Shown here piece by piece: positions 12,435 to 24,575 of a DNA stretch of 54,577 nucleotides. A model generated the notes under the pieces. That model searched no databases. It saw only the letters and a list, made by a program, of their open reading frames with translations, and had not been told where the DNA came from. A program made the translations under genes and the position numbers. Each line of letters begins with the position of its first letter. Positions within the stretch are counted from its first letter, which is position 1. Origin of the DNA: Selaginella moellendorffii (taxonomy: Eukaryota > Plantae > Lycopodiophyta); NCBI RefSeq assembly GCF_000143415.4, contig NW_003314285.1, positions 402,782 through 457,358 on the forward strand, written 5' to 3'.

Positions 12435-15400
12435 CTCTCCCCCCCTTGGGAAGATCGACGTCCTCGTCGATGCACACTCGAGTCTAGAATACCGCCAAGG
12501 AAACAACTCTCGAAAAAGTTCACGGTACTCACACTATGTGAGAAATGCACCAACTTAAATGAGTTAGGGGGCAACCTCTTTGTCTAACGCGGATGCGCTA
12601 CCAGCTCAGACACCTTCCGGCCGTCGCTGACAAGGAAATGACCAACGGAGTCAGCCACCCTTGCTGCTCTGGGAGTCATCCAGCTTACAAAAGTGTGATA
12701 TGTCCCTGCCCGCAGGAACATAGAGAGAGAAGCCAGAGGCCCCAACCCTCCTAAGCAAAGAAACCAAACCCGTCGGTAAGGTTTAGATAGACTACTGTAA
12801 ACAGGCAGTTAGAGTTGTTTACACGGTCACGCCCTTTCAACGGAACAAGGAACATCGACAGAGAGGCGGGTTATGTGACCAGTCGACAGTAGCTACCCCA
12901 TGACTAGAGATTTCAACATGCACACGAAGTGCCGAAGCCAGTCTGCCTATACTGGCCCAAACTCAAAGATCAATAGATGGACAATATCAAAGTCATAGAC
13001 AATGATATTTTTAGAGATTTAATTATCAGTGAATAAAGCTTAGATTAGAACACAAAAGTATTCCAAGTAAGTTATCATCCGATAAACTAGTATTATAGTA
13101 TAAAAACCACCAAGATCACTATCATTGGAAAACATAGGATGCACCATCCAACAAAATTCAACAGCAAGTATATCATCAAGTAAACGCAATGATAAAACGT
13201 AACTACCGAAGATAGCAGACAGTAAGCCAACAACTTACTAGAGAGAACTCAAAAAACACAAAGTATCATTGACTAACAAGCACAATGCTCGCGAATGTAT
13301 CACCCAAAGGAAATAACATCCAAATCTATCAAAACTAACTCGAGCAATAATCAACAGAAGAGAATGAATGTGGGAAGACCAACAAACACTCATGCCTGCT
13401 AACTATCACAAAAGCCAATCTGAATAGATCCCAGCCAACAATACCAAGGAACTCAAGTTGCCTAAGCAAGTGTTAGCAACATCCTACTGATGTTTTAAAC
13501 TCAAGAGACCAATCCAGAGCAAACCACAAAGAACATGTGGTATTGCAAAAAGCCAAAAGCCATCAAAGAGAACAATCAACTATCATGAAAGATCGTCAAT
13601 CAGCCCATCAATGTAGTGATGTATAATCATCGTTGAAGAAAGAATCTACCATCCCGAAGAATAGCAAATAATTCCAAACCAACAATAATCAAGCAAAACT
13701 TGTGATAAGGACAATCAACTACCCTAGATGATAGTCAATCATCACCAATGATTGCCAGATGCAAAAACCAACTTCAACATCGAAGCTAATGAGCCAAAAT
13801 GCCTTCCCCAACAACTTCTAACAAATGGAACAATGAGTATGAAAACTCAAAGAACCAAAAGCTCGAAGAAGCCTATAGCTAAGTCTTGCTTAATAATGAT
13901 CACGAGTCTCATAGAAGCAAACTTCAATGCTAAAGAAGATATCATGGTGCAACCCACAATGTCTTCTTCAACACATCCATAAGCCAAACTTCATAATGCC
14001 AAAGCTAATGAAGAGCATTTCTGCATCAATCCAAAAGCTAAGCACAATGGAGCTATGCTCAACAAGTGATCACTAAATGATCCTCCATGAATCCATCTAT
14101 AGCAAGACGTAACTCACTTCATAGCAAGCACAAGAAGAATCATCAATGATTGATATATTTCAACTAAAATCCCATAAGGATTCAAAATATTCCAACATCG
14201 ATCACTAACTCTCCCACTTGTAGAGTTAGCATAGTCTATGACTAAATCACTTTTCAAGGAAAAGCTCAAAGCTCAACCCCTACTAAATAATCTCGTCTAG
14301 AACACAACTAACTCGACTTGCCACTCAGTTCATTTGAACGTCAACAAAGTTGCTAACTAGCAAATGCATGAATGCCAACAACACAAAGCCATAGCCAAAT
14401 CATCAACACTATCTTCATTAAGATTAATGAAACTCAATATCAATCCTAAGGAGAGACATCTCATTTCACTTTGAATCTCAACCTCAATAATGTCAACGAC
14501 AAGGCATCACTTCAATGCCATCAACACCAGAACAAAGCTAGAAGAAAGCAAGAGTGAATCACCACCCAAAACTTCCTAGCAACCAAGCTAACCAAAGTCG
14601 AAGATACTTAGTTAGTATCCGAGACCAATCCTTTAGCAATACTCAATTTCAGATAACACATCATCAAGGAGTGAATCACCACATCCAAGACTCAATGAAA
14701 TCCAACACTATAGACCAAATGTAGCCAAATGATATCGACAAAGGAATTGACATGCCAACATGGAAAACTCATGTATGTCTAATGACACGATCCTCCGCAA
14801 CACCATCCAGTAAAGTAAGCCCATCACTGCTAAATCATCATCGAGCAAAGCAAGTATCAACAGTCTTTTTGACAAAGTCTACAAGTAATCACTAGTCGCA
14901 AAGCAACTAACAATCACCCCTCAACTTGCCTTCACAAGACCCAAACACCAACTCTTGTCATCAAGTTATATACTTATCTAGCATAAACATAATACCTCAA
15001 ACATGAGATAAAAGTTCATGGACAAGCACAAACTAAATGACCACTCGAATCCAACTCAACCGAAATAAGCTCACCAATGCATTTAGTCAATAGCTCTGAG
15101 CATGCCTTGAAGAGGCTAGTTATGTGATCAACACTCAGTCGAAACTAAAGTGAAGACCATGAGATGGACTCATATCGGTACACAACCTCCTCATAGACAA
15201 AGCTATAGTACGGGTACCAACATCTCAACCTCAAACAACTAAGTTGGACATCACCATCCTTAGCCAAGGCGCAGGGCTACCAAGACTAAGTCAAGATTAG
15301 TGAGAGCTCACTACTCTCATAGAGTCTTAGCGAAATGCAAGGTGCAAACTGTCACTAAGCACAACGCTACAAAAGAAAGGCACAAGGGTCACCTTTCTTA

Positions 15401-17420
15401 GAAAAGCGCAACAGCCACTTTTCTACACTAACTCCAGACTCTATCCAACTCAATTGCTTTAGCCCCAAAAGTTAGCATCCCTTTCGGGTCGCATCATACA
15501 AACTACCTACTAAGATCTAAGCCAACCGAAGTCAACTCCAACCCCTTCACTAGTTTGTACTGGCTTTCGAAAATGGAATGGTTTTTGAGCAAAGTGATCA
15601 ATAGATCAGCCATTGGAAAAGTCTAAGAAAATTTGTGGAAAATTTTCCATCCTAGAGAAAGAATGACTCTCAATCCAGAATTGCAAACTTTCAAGACTCA
15701 ACCAACTTCTGCCTACCTACTACTTCACATAGGTTCACCTCAACACAAATTCTCATGATCCATCAATATGCTTAAGCATTGAACATCTTTGCCCATATAA
15801 CCGACATCCAACACTGACATCCACAAAGTGCAAAATGAGCATCCAAGGCTTGATCACAAAGACCACATCATCGGATATCCACATTGCACTAACACTCTTC
15901 TTCAACCACCTTCAAGATCCAATGTGAAGCCAAAACACTAACAAGAAAAATGACATGGAAAATCAAGCGCTAAGGAAAATTCCTCATCACTCGAATCAAC
16001 AATGCCACTTCCACTAACACAAGTGCTAGCGATGTCAATGCATCAACCTCACACCTTCTCCATCCAATAATCTACTCCAAGTGTTAACGGATCAACCAAC
16101 AAGCCATAGCAAATGAATGCTATAACCCTTTTCCAACATTTTAATGGGCAAACTCTAGGAAACAAGGTACCTACTTAAGCTTAGCATAATGAACCACCAT
16201 CGAGAATCCAGTCAAAGCTACTACAATGCTACTTCGTGCAAGTAGACTAGCTTCTCCATCAACCACTTTGGGGTTGATCATCATTTACCCAAGCAACTTC
16301 GTAAACACATTGCTCATTATCACATGGATATGATATAAATCACAATGACTTGATCATCAATTGAGTAACTCAATGAGCAAGGCTTATGTCATTACTTCAA
16401 ACGTTCATGTGAATATCAAATGCCAACTCGATTCGACAAAATGCAACATAAATGCCACACTCCACCAATAGAGGTTTACGACACCCAACACCACTAACTT
16501 TTGTTCACAACACGGACAAGCTCATGCCACTCTCTTTCCGACCAAACTCAACACTAATCCAACACCAAGCTACTCAAGGAGCAATAGCAAGGTTCCCCGG
16601 AAAAGAATTGAGCATTGCAACCCAAGTCTTCCAATAGTGAGTCTAGACAAAAATGGTTTAGTGTTTCACCACTATCCATCCCATAACTCACCACTTGTAA
16701 GACCATCATTTCCAACATGCATCAAGGTAGGGACTCTTGATTGCATAATGTGAACACAAGCAATGAGTTAACACCTCGTTGCAAATCATTTCTCCAAGAA
16801 GAGAAAATGATTTACATATTTGATCCTCCGTCCCCGATGACTCTCTTTTCGGTTTCATCTTTGACCAAACCTCAAGCTTGCTTTCACACTGCCTTCAGCT
16901 CAATCGAAGAAAAGTTTATGAGAGAGCACGGCAATGATTACTTGAACCAATAGACTATTTCCTCTAGTCTTGATCGATCCACTTATAATCATGCCTAGGA
17001 AGGATCCACTAGTGCCGTGCTAAACAGCTACGGACCAGCCTATTTGCCACTCATAGCAAACTCAGGGAAAGTTTACTTTCACTCACGGTACATGGAACAA
17101 CTCATGGAACCACCGATAGGCTAACATTAATCCTGCCAACTCAAAGTGTAACCTCGAGTTGCTAATGTGCCTCACTCACGAGCCCAAGCGCAAACTCGTG
17201 CTACTGGAACAACTCAAATCCATCTTATGAGCCCAAGAGTAAGCTCACATAATTACAGTACAAGAAGGTAACCGAATCCATACCCAAGGAACGATTGCGA
17301 AGTCTTTGCACCCAAACGTGTACCCACTCGGATCATCGTTTTCATCTCTGCGTATGCAACGAGACTAGTTCCCCAATCTCATTGAATAGTACTCGCTGAG
17401 ACTCATTCTCTGATGCCAAA

Positions 17421-18553
17421 TGTAGCGCACGTGGTTTTGACCCTTTATCCTATGGTGATTTACCATAGGATAACACCACGAAGCGGAACCTAAACCCTCT
17501 TTGTGCCACGTGACAGATGCCACGTGTCACATACCACGTGTCCATAGGAACCCGAGGTTCAGGGCCTTGGACCACTGAACGAAGGAACGGTGCCAAACTC
17601 CTAAGCGTGACGCCAAGGAGTGATGGAACCGGACCACGGAGCAACTCCCGAGCATATAGCCCAAGGAGCGAAGGGACAGGAGCCCGGAGCGACTTGGAAC
17701 AGTCCTGAAGCAACCAACATCCCAATGCCAGGACTAGCACGCAAAACGGAGCCAAACGGAGTCTGGCGCTATTTCGGCATACCGGTGGCCTAACGTGAGA
17801 ATATGGGTACTCCACCAGCTAGCATGGAATGGAACTTGGGCTTAGACCCAAGCCGGACGCAGAACAAGGACAGGCACGCAAGCGGGAGCTAGACTATGCC
17901 TCAGGTTGGTCGGCCATGCCTGACCTACCCACTATCCCTACTATACATTTGGAACCCCCCATAGCCCCCCCCCCTTGAGGAACACACGCTTTGGGCTTTC
18001 ACCCCAAGCCTCCCTTAGTATCAGGAGTTAGTCTCTAGGACAAGCTCGAAACTTACTAAATATGGAATGTCCCTAGATTGTGAATTTGGACACGAGACGA
18101 ACACCATTGTGTTCAGGCCGATCTCTACATTCCGTAGATATGCCAAATGAGCAAATCTGGACACTTTCCATAAATAGCATTTGGGACCGAAATGAGACTA
18201 ACACAAAGGGCATGATAGCGAGGGTGTTTGGCAGACACGGTAAGCTATCATGTAGCGATATTGAGGGACTAATCTCAATACGCGAGGGTTCTTGTCACTA
18301 GCCAGTGCAAGACAAAACGAGACGGGAACTCCTTACCGGGCTAAGTATGCTTAGCTAATAACACGTAGGAATTCCGTCCTTATGCTCGTCCGGTCTAAGT
18401 ACACTCGAAATGCCCAGTTAACTCCACTAGCACAAGAGGGACTGATAAAGGGTCCAGCAATACCGACCTTCTGCCGTCGTGGCAGTAAGGTAAGAGTGTC
18501 CGTAAGGACTAGTCGACAGGTAACTTTCGATACCCGAAGTCACATTCGCGACA
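17421..18553 (-). repeat. 5' LTR of L2
   Basis: Direct repeat of 11300-12434; adjacent to the PBS. Confidence 0.95.
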
Positions 18554-21500
18554 AAGACTTAGGTTGCTCTTTTCTAGGGAATTTTGCTATTGCTCCTTGA
18601 GTAACTTGGTGTTGGACTAATTTTGAGTTTTGTCAAAAAGAAAGTGGCATAAGCTTATCTGTGTTGTGAACAAAAGTTAGTGGTGTTGGGTGTTGTAAAT
18701 CTCTATTGGTGGAGTGTGGCCTTTATGTTGCATTTTGTCGAATTGAATTAGCAGTTGATATTCATATAAACCTTTGTAGTAGTGACATAGGCATTGCTCG
18801 TGGTGGTACTCAATAGATGATCAAGTCATTGTAATACTTATATCATATCTATGTGATAGTGAACAATGTGTTTACGAAGTTGCTTAGTTAAACGATGATC
18901 AACCCCAAAGTGGTTGATAGTGAAGCTAGTCTACTTGCACGAAGTAGCATTGTAGTAGCTTTGACTAGATTTTCAATGGTGGTCCATTATGCTAAGCTTA
19001 AATTGGTACTTTGTTTCCTTAAGTTTGCCCATTAAGGTGTTGGAAAAAGGTTGTAACATTCATTTGCTATAACTTATTAGTTGATCCATTAGCACTTAGA
19101 GTGGATTGTTGGATGGAGAAAATGTGTAGTTAGGGCATTGACATCACTAGCACTTGTGTTAGTGGAAGTGGCATTGTTGATTCGAGTGATGAAGAATTTT
19201 CTTTAGAGCTTGATTTTCCATATCATTTTTCTTGTTAGTGTTTTGGCTTCACATTGGATCTTGAAAATGGTTGAAGAAGAGTGTTAGTGCAATATAGATA
19301 TCTGGAGATGTGGTCTGCCTAATCAAGCCTTGGATGTTCACTTTGCATTTTGCAAATGTCGGTGTTGGATGTCGGAAAAATGGGCAAAGATGTTTGATGT
19401 TTAAGCATATTGTTGGATCATAAGAATTTGTGTTGCGGTGAACCTATGTGAAGTTGTTTGTAGGAGGAAGTTGGTTGAGTCTTGAAAGTTTGCAATCCTG
19501 GACTGAGAGTCATTCTTTCTCTAGGGTGGAAAATTTCCACAAATTTTCTTAAGCTTTTCCAATAGTTGATTTGTTAATCACTTTGCTCAAAAACCATTCC
19601 ATTTTTTGTAAGCCAGTACAGACTAGTGAAGGGTTGAAGTTGACTTTTGTTAGCTTGACCTTAGTAAGTAGTTTGTATGTTGCACCTGAAACGGATATTA
19701 ACTTTTGGGGCTAAAGCAATTGAGTTGGATAGAGTCTGGAGTTGGTATAGAAAAGTGGCCATTGTGCTTTTCTAAAAAAAGTGACCCTTGTGCCTTTCTT
19801 CTATGCTAGGTGGCAGGTTGCACCTTGCATTTCATTAAACTCTATAAGAGTAGTGAGCTCTCATTGATCTTGATTTGGTGTTGGTGGCTCTGCACCTTGG
19901 TTGAAGATGGTGATGTCCAACTTAGTTGTTTAAGGTTGAGATGTTAGTACCCATACTATAGCTTTGTCTATAAGGAGGTTGTGCGCCAATATGAGTCCAT
20001 CTCATAGTCTTCACTTTAGTTTCAACTAAGTGTTGATCATGCATAGCTAGCATATTCAAGGCATGGTCAGAGCTATTGGCTATATACATTAGTGAGCTTA
20101 TTACAGTTGAGTTGGATTCGAGTGGTCATTTAGTTTATACTTGTCTATGAACTTTTATCTCATACCTGCGGTATTACATTCATGTTGGACAAGTATATAA
20201 CTTGATGACAAGAGTTGGTGTTTGGGTCTTGTGAAGGCAAGTTGAAGAGTGATTGTTAGTTGCTTTACAACTAGTGATTACTTAGTCGAGGACTGTTAAC
20301 ACTTGCTTCACTCGATGAAGATTTATCAGTGATGAGTTTGCTTTACTGGATGGTGTTGTGGAGGATCGTGTCATTAGACTTATATGGTTTTTCCATGTTA
20401 GTATATCGATTCTACCTTTGTCGATGTCATTTAGTTATGTTTAGTCTGTAGTGTTGCATTACATTGAATCATGGACGTGGTGAATCACTCCTTGATGATG
20501 TGTTATCTATAGCTGAGTATTGTTGAAGAACTTGTCTTAGATACTGACTAAAGTATCTTTGACTTTGGTTAATTTGGTTGCAAGAGAGTTTTGAGTGGTG
20601 ATTCACTTTTTCTTTCTTCTAGCTTTGTTATGGTGTTGATGGCATTGAAGTGATAGTCTCGATGAAGATAGTGTTGATGATTTGGCTATAGCTTTATGTT
20701 ATTGGCATTCAAACACTTGCTAGTTAGCAACTGTATTAACGTTCAAATGAACTAAATGGCAAGTTTGAGTTAGTTGTGTTTTAGACAAGATTGTTTAGTA
20801 GGGGTTGAGCTTTGAGTTTTTTCTTGAAAAGTAATTTAGTCATGGACAACACTAGCTTTATAAAGGAAGAGTTAATGATTGATATTGAAGTGTTTGAATC
20901 CTTATTAGATTTGAATTGGAATATATTGATCATTTATGATTTTTCTTGTTATGAAGTGACTTATGTCTTACTATAGATGGATTTATGGAGGATCGTTTAG
21001 TGATCACTTGTTGAGCATAACTTTGTTATGCTTAGCTTTTGGATGGATGTAGACATGCTCTTCATTAGCTTTGGCATTATGAAGTTTAGCTTATGCGTTA
21101 AGGAGGATATTATGGGTTGTACCATGATTTCTTCTTTAACATTGAAGTTAGTTCATGCAAGACTTATGATCATTATAGACAAAGACTTAGTTATAGGCTT
21201 CTTCAAGCTTTTGGTTCTTTGAGTTTTATGCTCATTGTTCAATTTGTTAGAAGTCGTTGGGAAGGCATTTTGGCTCCTACCTTCGACATTGAAGTTAGTA
21301 TCTGCATTTAGCAATCATTGGTGATGACTGACTATCATCTCGGATAATTGATTATCCTTGTTAGAGGTTTTGCTTGATTATCGTTGATATAAAATGATTC
21401 GTTGTTCTTCGGGATAGTGAATTCTTTCTTTGATGATGATTATTCATCTCTTTATTGATGGAATGATTGATGATCTTTCATGATGGTTAGTTGTTCCCTT

Positions 21501-22637
21501 TAATGGCTTATGGCTTTTCACAATACCACATGTTATTTATGGTTTGCTTTGGATTGGTCTCTTAAATTTGAGATATTGATAAGATGTTGCTGACACTTGC
21601 TTAAGCAACTCTGGTTCCTTCATATTGTTGACTAGGATCTATTCAAATTGGTTTGTGCAATGGTTGGCATGACTAAATGTTTGTTGGTCTTACCACATTC
21701 ATTTTGTTCTGTTGATTATTGCTTGGGTTAGTTCTAATAGATTTGATGTTATTTCCTTCGGGTGATACATTCGCGAGCATTTTTCTTGTCAGTCATTGAT
21801 ACTTAGTGTTCTTTGAGTTATTTTTCGTAAGTTGTTTGGCCTACTATCTACAATCTTTGGTAGTTAAGTTTTATCATTGAGTTTACTTGATGGTATACGT
21901 GTTATTGAATTTTGTGGGATAGTGAATCCTATGTTTTCCAACCATGATGATCTTGGTGGTTTCTATACTCTAATATTGGTTTATTGAATGACAACTTACT
22001 TGGAATACTTTTGTGTTCTAATCTAAGCTTTATTCACTGATAATTAAACCTCTAAGATATCGTTGTCCATGATTTTGATATAGTCCATATATTGATCTTT
22101 GAGCTTGGGCCAGTATAGGCAGATTGGCTTTGGCACTTAATGTGCCTGGTGAAATCTTTAGTCATGGGGTAGCTACTGTCGATTGGTCACATAACCCACC
22201 TCTCTGTCGATGTTCCTTATTCCATTAAAAGGGCGTGACCGTGTAAACAACTCTAACTACCTGTTTACAGTAGTCTATCTAAACCTTACCGACAAGTTTG
22301 GTTTCTTTGCTCAAGAGGGTCGGGGCCTCTAGCTTCTCTCTCTATGTACTTGCGAGTAAGGGCGTATCACACTTTTGTAGCTGGGTGACACCTAGAGCAA
22401 CAAGAGTGGCTGACTCCATTTGTCATTTCCTTGTTGGCGACGGCTGAAAGGTGTTTGAGTTGGTAGTGCATCTGAGTTAGACAAAGAGGTTACCCTAACT
22501 CATTTAAGTTGGTGCATTTCTCACATAGTGTGATTATCATGAACTTTTTCTAGAGTTGTTTCCTTGCCGGTGGTCCAGACTCGAGTATGCATCGACGAGG
22601 ATGTCGATCTTCCCTAGGGGGGGAGAGTGTCGCGAAT

Positions 22638-23160
22638 GTACTCCACCAACTAACATAGTGTGGAACTTGGGCTTAGACCCAAACCAAATGTAAAACAAAG
22701 AATAAGTATGCAAGCAAGAGCTAAATTATGCCTTAAGCTAGTTAGCCATGCCCAACCTACCTACTATCTTTACTATACATTTGGACTATACATATACTCC
22801 CCCCCTTTGAGGAACACATGCTTTGGGCTTTCACCCTTAGCCACCCTTAGTACTAGGAGTTAGTCTCTAGAACTAACTTAAAACTTACTAAATATGGAAT
22901 GGCGCTAGATTGTGAATTTAGGAATTTGGGCATGAGATGAATACCATTGTGTTCAAGACAATCTTTACATTCTGTAGATATATCAAATTAGCAAATCTAA
23001 ACACTTTCTATAAATAGCAATTGGAACTAAATGGTATTAACACAAAGTGCATGATGGCGAGGGTGTTTGGCAAATTCAATAAACTATCATTTGGTGATAT
23101 TGAGGGACTAGTCTTAATATACGATATTTTTTGTCAAGCTAGTGCAAGATAGAGCAAAAG
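22638..23160 (-). repeat. Distal part of the L0 3' LTR (split by D, U5 end deleted)
   Basis: Collinear with ~11687-12195. Continues at 38791 after the TSD AAAAG. Confidence 0.85.
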
Positions 23161-24077
23161 TGTTGTGAATATGACTTTGGGTATCGAAAGATACTTGTCG
23201 GCCACTCTTTCGACACTCTTTCCTTACTGCCATAACAGTAAGAGGTTGGTACAGTTGGATCCCTTTGGTAGCCCCTCTTGTGCTAGTGGAGTTAACTGAG
23301 CATTTCAAGTGTACTTAGACCGGATGAGCATAAGGACGGAATTCCTACATGTTATTAGCTAAGCATACTTAGCCCGATAAGGAGTTCTCGTCTCATTATT
23401 TGCATTAGCTAGTGACAAGAACCCTCATGTATTGAGACTAGTCCCTCAATATTGCTGGATGATAGCTTATCGTGTCTGCCAAACACCCTCGCTATTATGC
23501 CCTTTGTGTTAGTCTCATTTCGGTCCCAAATACTATTTATGAAAAGTGTCTAGATTCACTCATTTGGCATATTAACGGAATGTAGAGGTTGGCCTGAACA
23601 CAATGGTATTCGTCCCATGTCCAAATTCGCAATTTAGTGCCATTCCATATTTAGTAAGTTTCAAGCTTATCCCAGAGACTAACTCCTGGTACTAAGGGAG
23701 GCTTGGGGTAAAAGCCCAAAGCGTGTGTCTCTCAAGGAAGGGGGGGGGGGGGGGGGGGTTCCAAATGTATAGTAGGGATAGTGGTTGGAATGCATGTCCA
23801 ACCACCTGAGACATTAGTTTGGCTTTTGCTAAGCTGTGTCTCTCCTTGTTTTGCGTCTGGCTTGGGTCTAAGGCCAAACTCCACGTTGCTCTAGTCAGTG
23901 GGGTACCCTCCTCCTTGTGTTATGCCACCAGTATGCCAAAATTGTGCTAGACTCCATCTGACACCATTTTGCGTACAGGTGCTGGATATGGGGAGCTGGT
24001 GCTCATGGGATTGTATCGGAGCCTCGTTTCATAGCGCAATGGGCTTAGAGTTTGGCTCCAAATTTAGGTGCATTACA
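23161..24077 (+). repeat. 5' LTR of D
   Basis: TG...CA; direct repeat of 37858-38785. Confidence 0.92.
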
Positions 24078-24268
24078 TTTGGTATTAAAGAAATTGTCTC
24101 AGTGATTTCTATCCAACTTTTGTCAGATTTTCTGACTCAAGTTGCATACACAGAGACTCTTCTAGTAGATCCGAAGCGACCTGTGTAGGATTAATGGGAT
24201 TACACCATTTGGGAAGAATGTTGTATGTATGTTCAGTTACTGATAGAGGCATGCATACAGCTAGCAGG

Positions 24269-24575
24269 ATGGTGAAAAGGAACCGTGCTGATGATGCTGA
24301 AACCTCTAGATGAGCGAATCAAGAGGAGGAAACTCCTGCTAGAGATGCTGTGGAAAAGGCTGAGGCCGAGTCAGAAGAGGAAGAGCCAGATGCTACAATG
24401 CTGCAGCATACGACTCAAGAAGTTGAGATCGAGAATTTGCGAAGGGAAGTTCACAAATTGAAGAAGGAGAACAAGAAGAGGAGGAAAGAAGCTGAGGCAG
24501 CTAAACTAGCTGAACCTAAGCAACTGAATTCTTCTTCAAGTTCGGAGGACGATGAAGTTCTGCAGCTGCCCCTGG
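24269..24575 (+). pseudogene. gag: gag of D, N-terminal part (acidic/coiled-coil)
   Basis: ATG at 24269 and ORF 24350..24589. Removing L3 and one CTGG rejoins the frame as LQLPL-VAQVSKFKPPKPPNFKG. Confidence 0.8.

Larger units (their letters stand above)
11300..18553 (-). mobile_element. LARD copy L2, structurally intact and young, non-coding
   Basis: Nearly identical LTRs 11300-12434 and 17421-18553 (TG..CA). TSD AAGAC at 11295-11299 and 18554-18558. PBS (reverse complement TGGCATCAGAG) at 17408-17418. PPT at 12435-12447. No retroelement ORF in the ~5 kb interior. Confidence 0.95.
9403..22639 (+). mobile_element. LARD copy L1 (interrupted by L2; 3' LTR truncated to ~12 bp)
   Basis: 5' LTR 9403-10507. 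PBS TGGTATCAGAG. Internal 10508-11299 plus 18559-22627. PPT AGGGGGGGAGAG followed by TGTCGCGAATGT. Confidence 0.9.

Noticed and set aside
15140-15180. KVKTMR resembling a Copia integrase motif in the LARD interior
   Set aside because: Antisense to the PBS/PPT orientation, no SDNGGE continuation, and no other Copia motifs.
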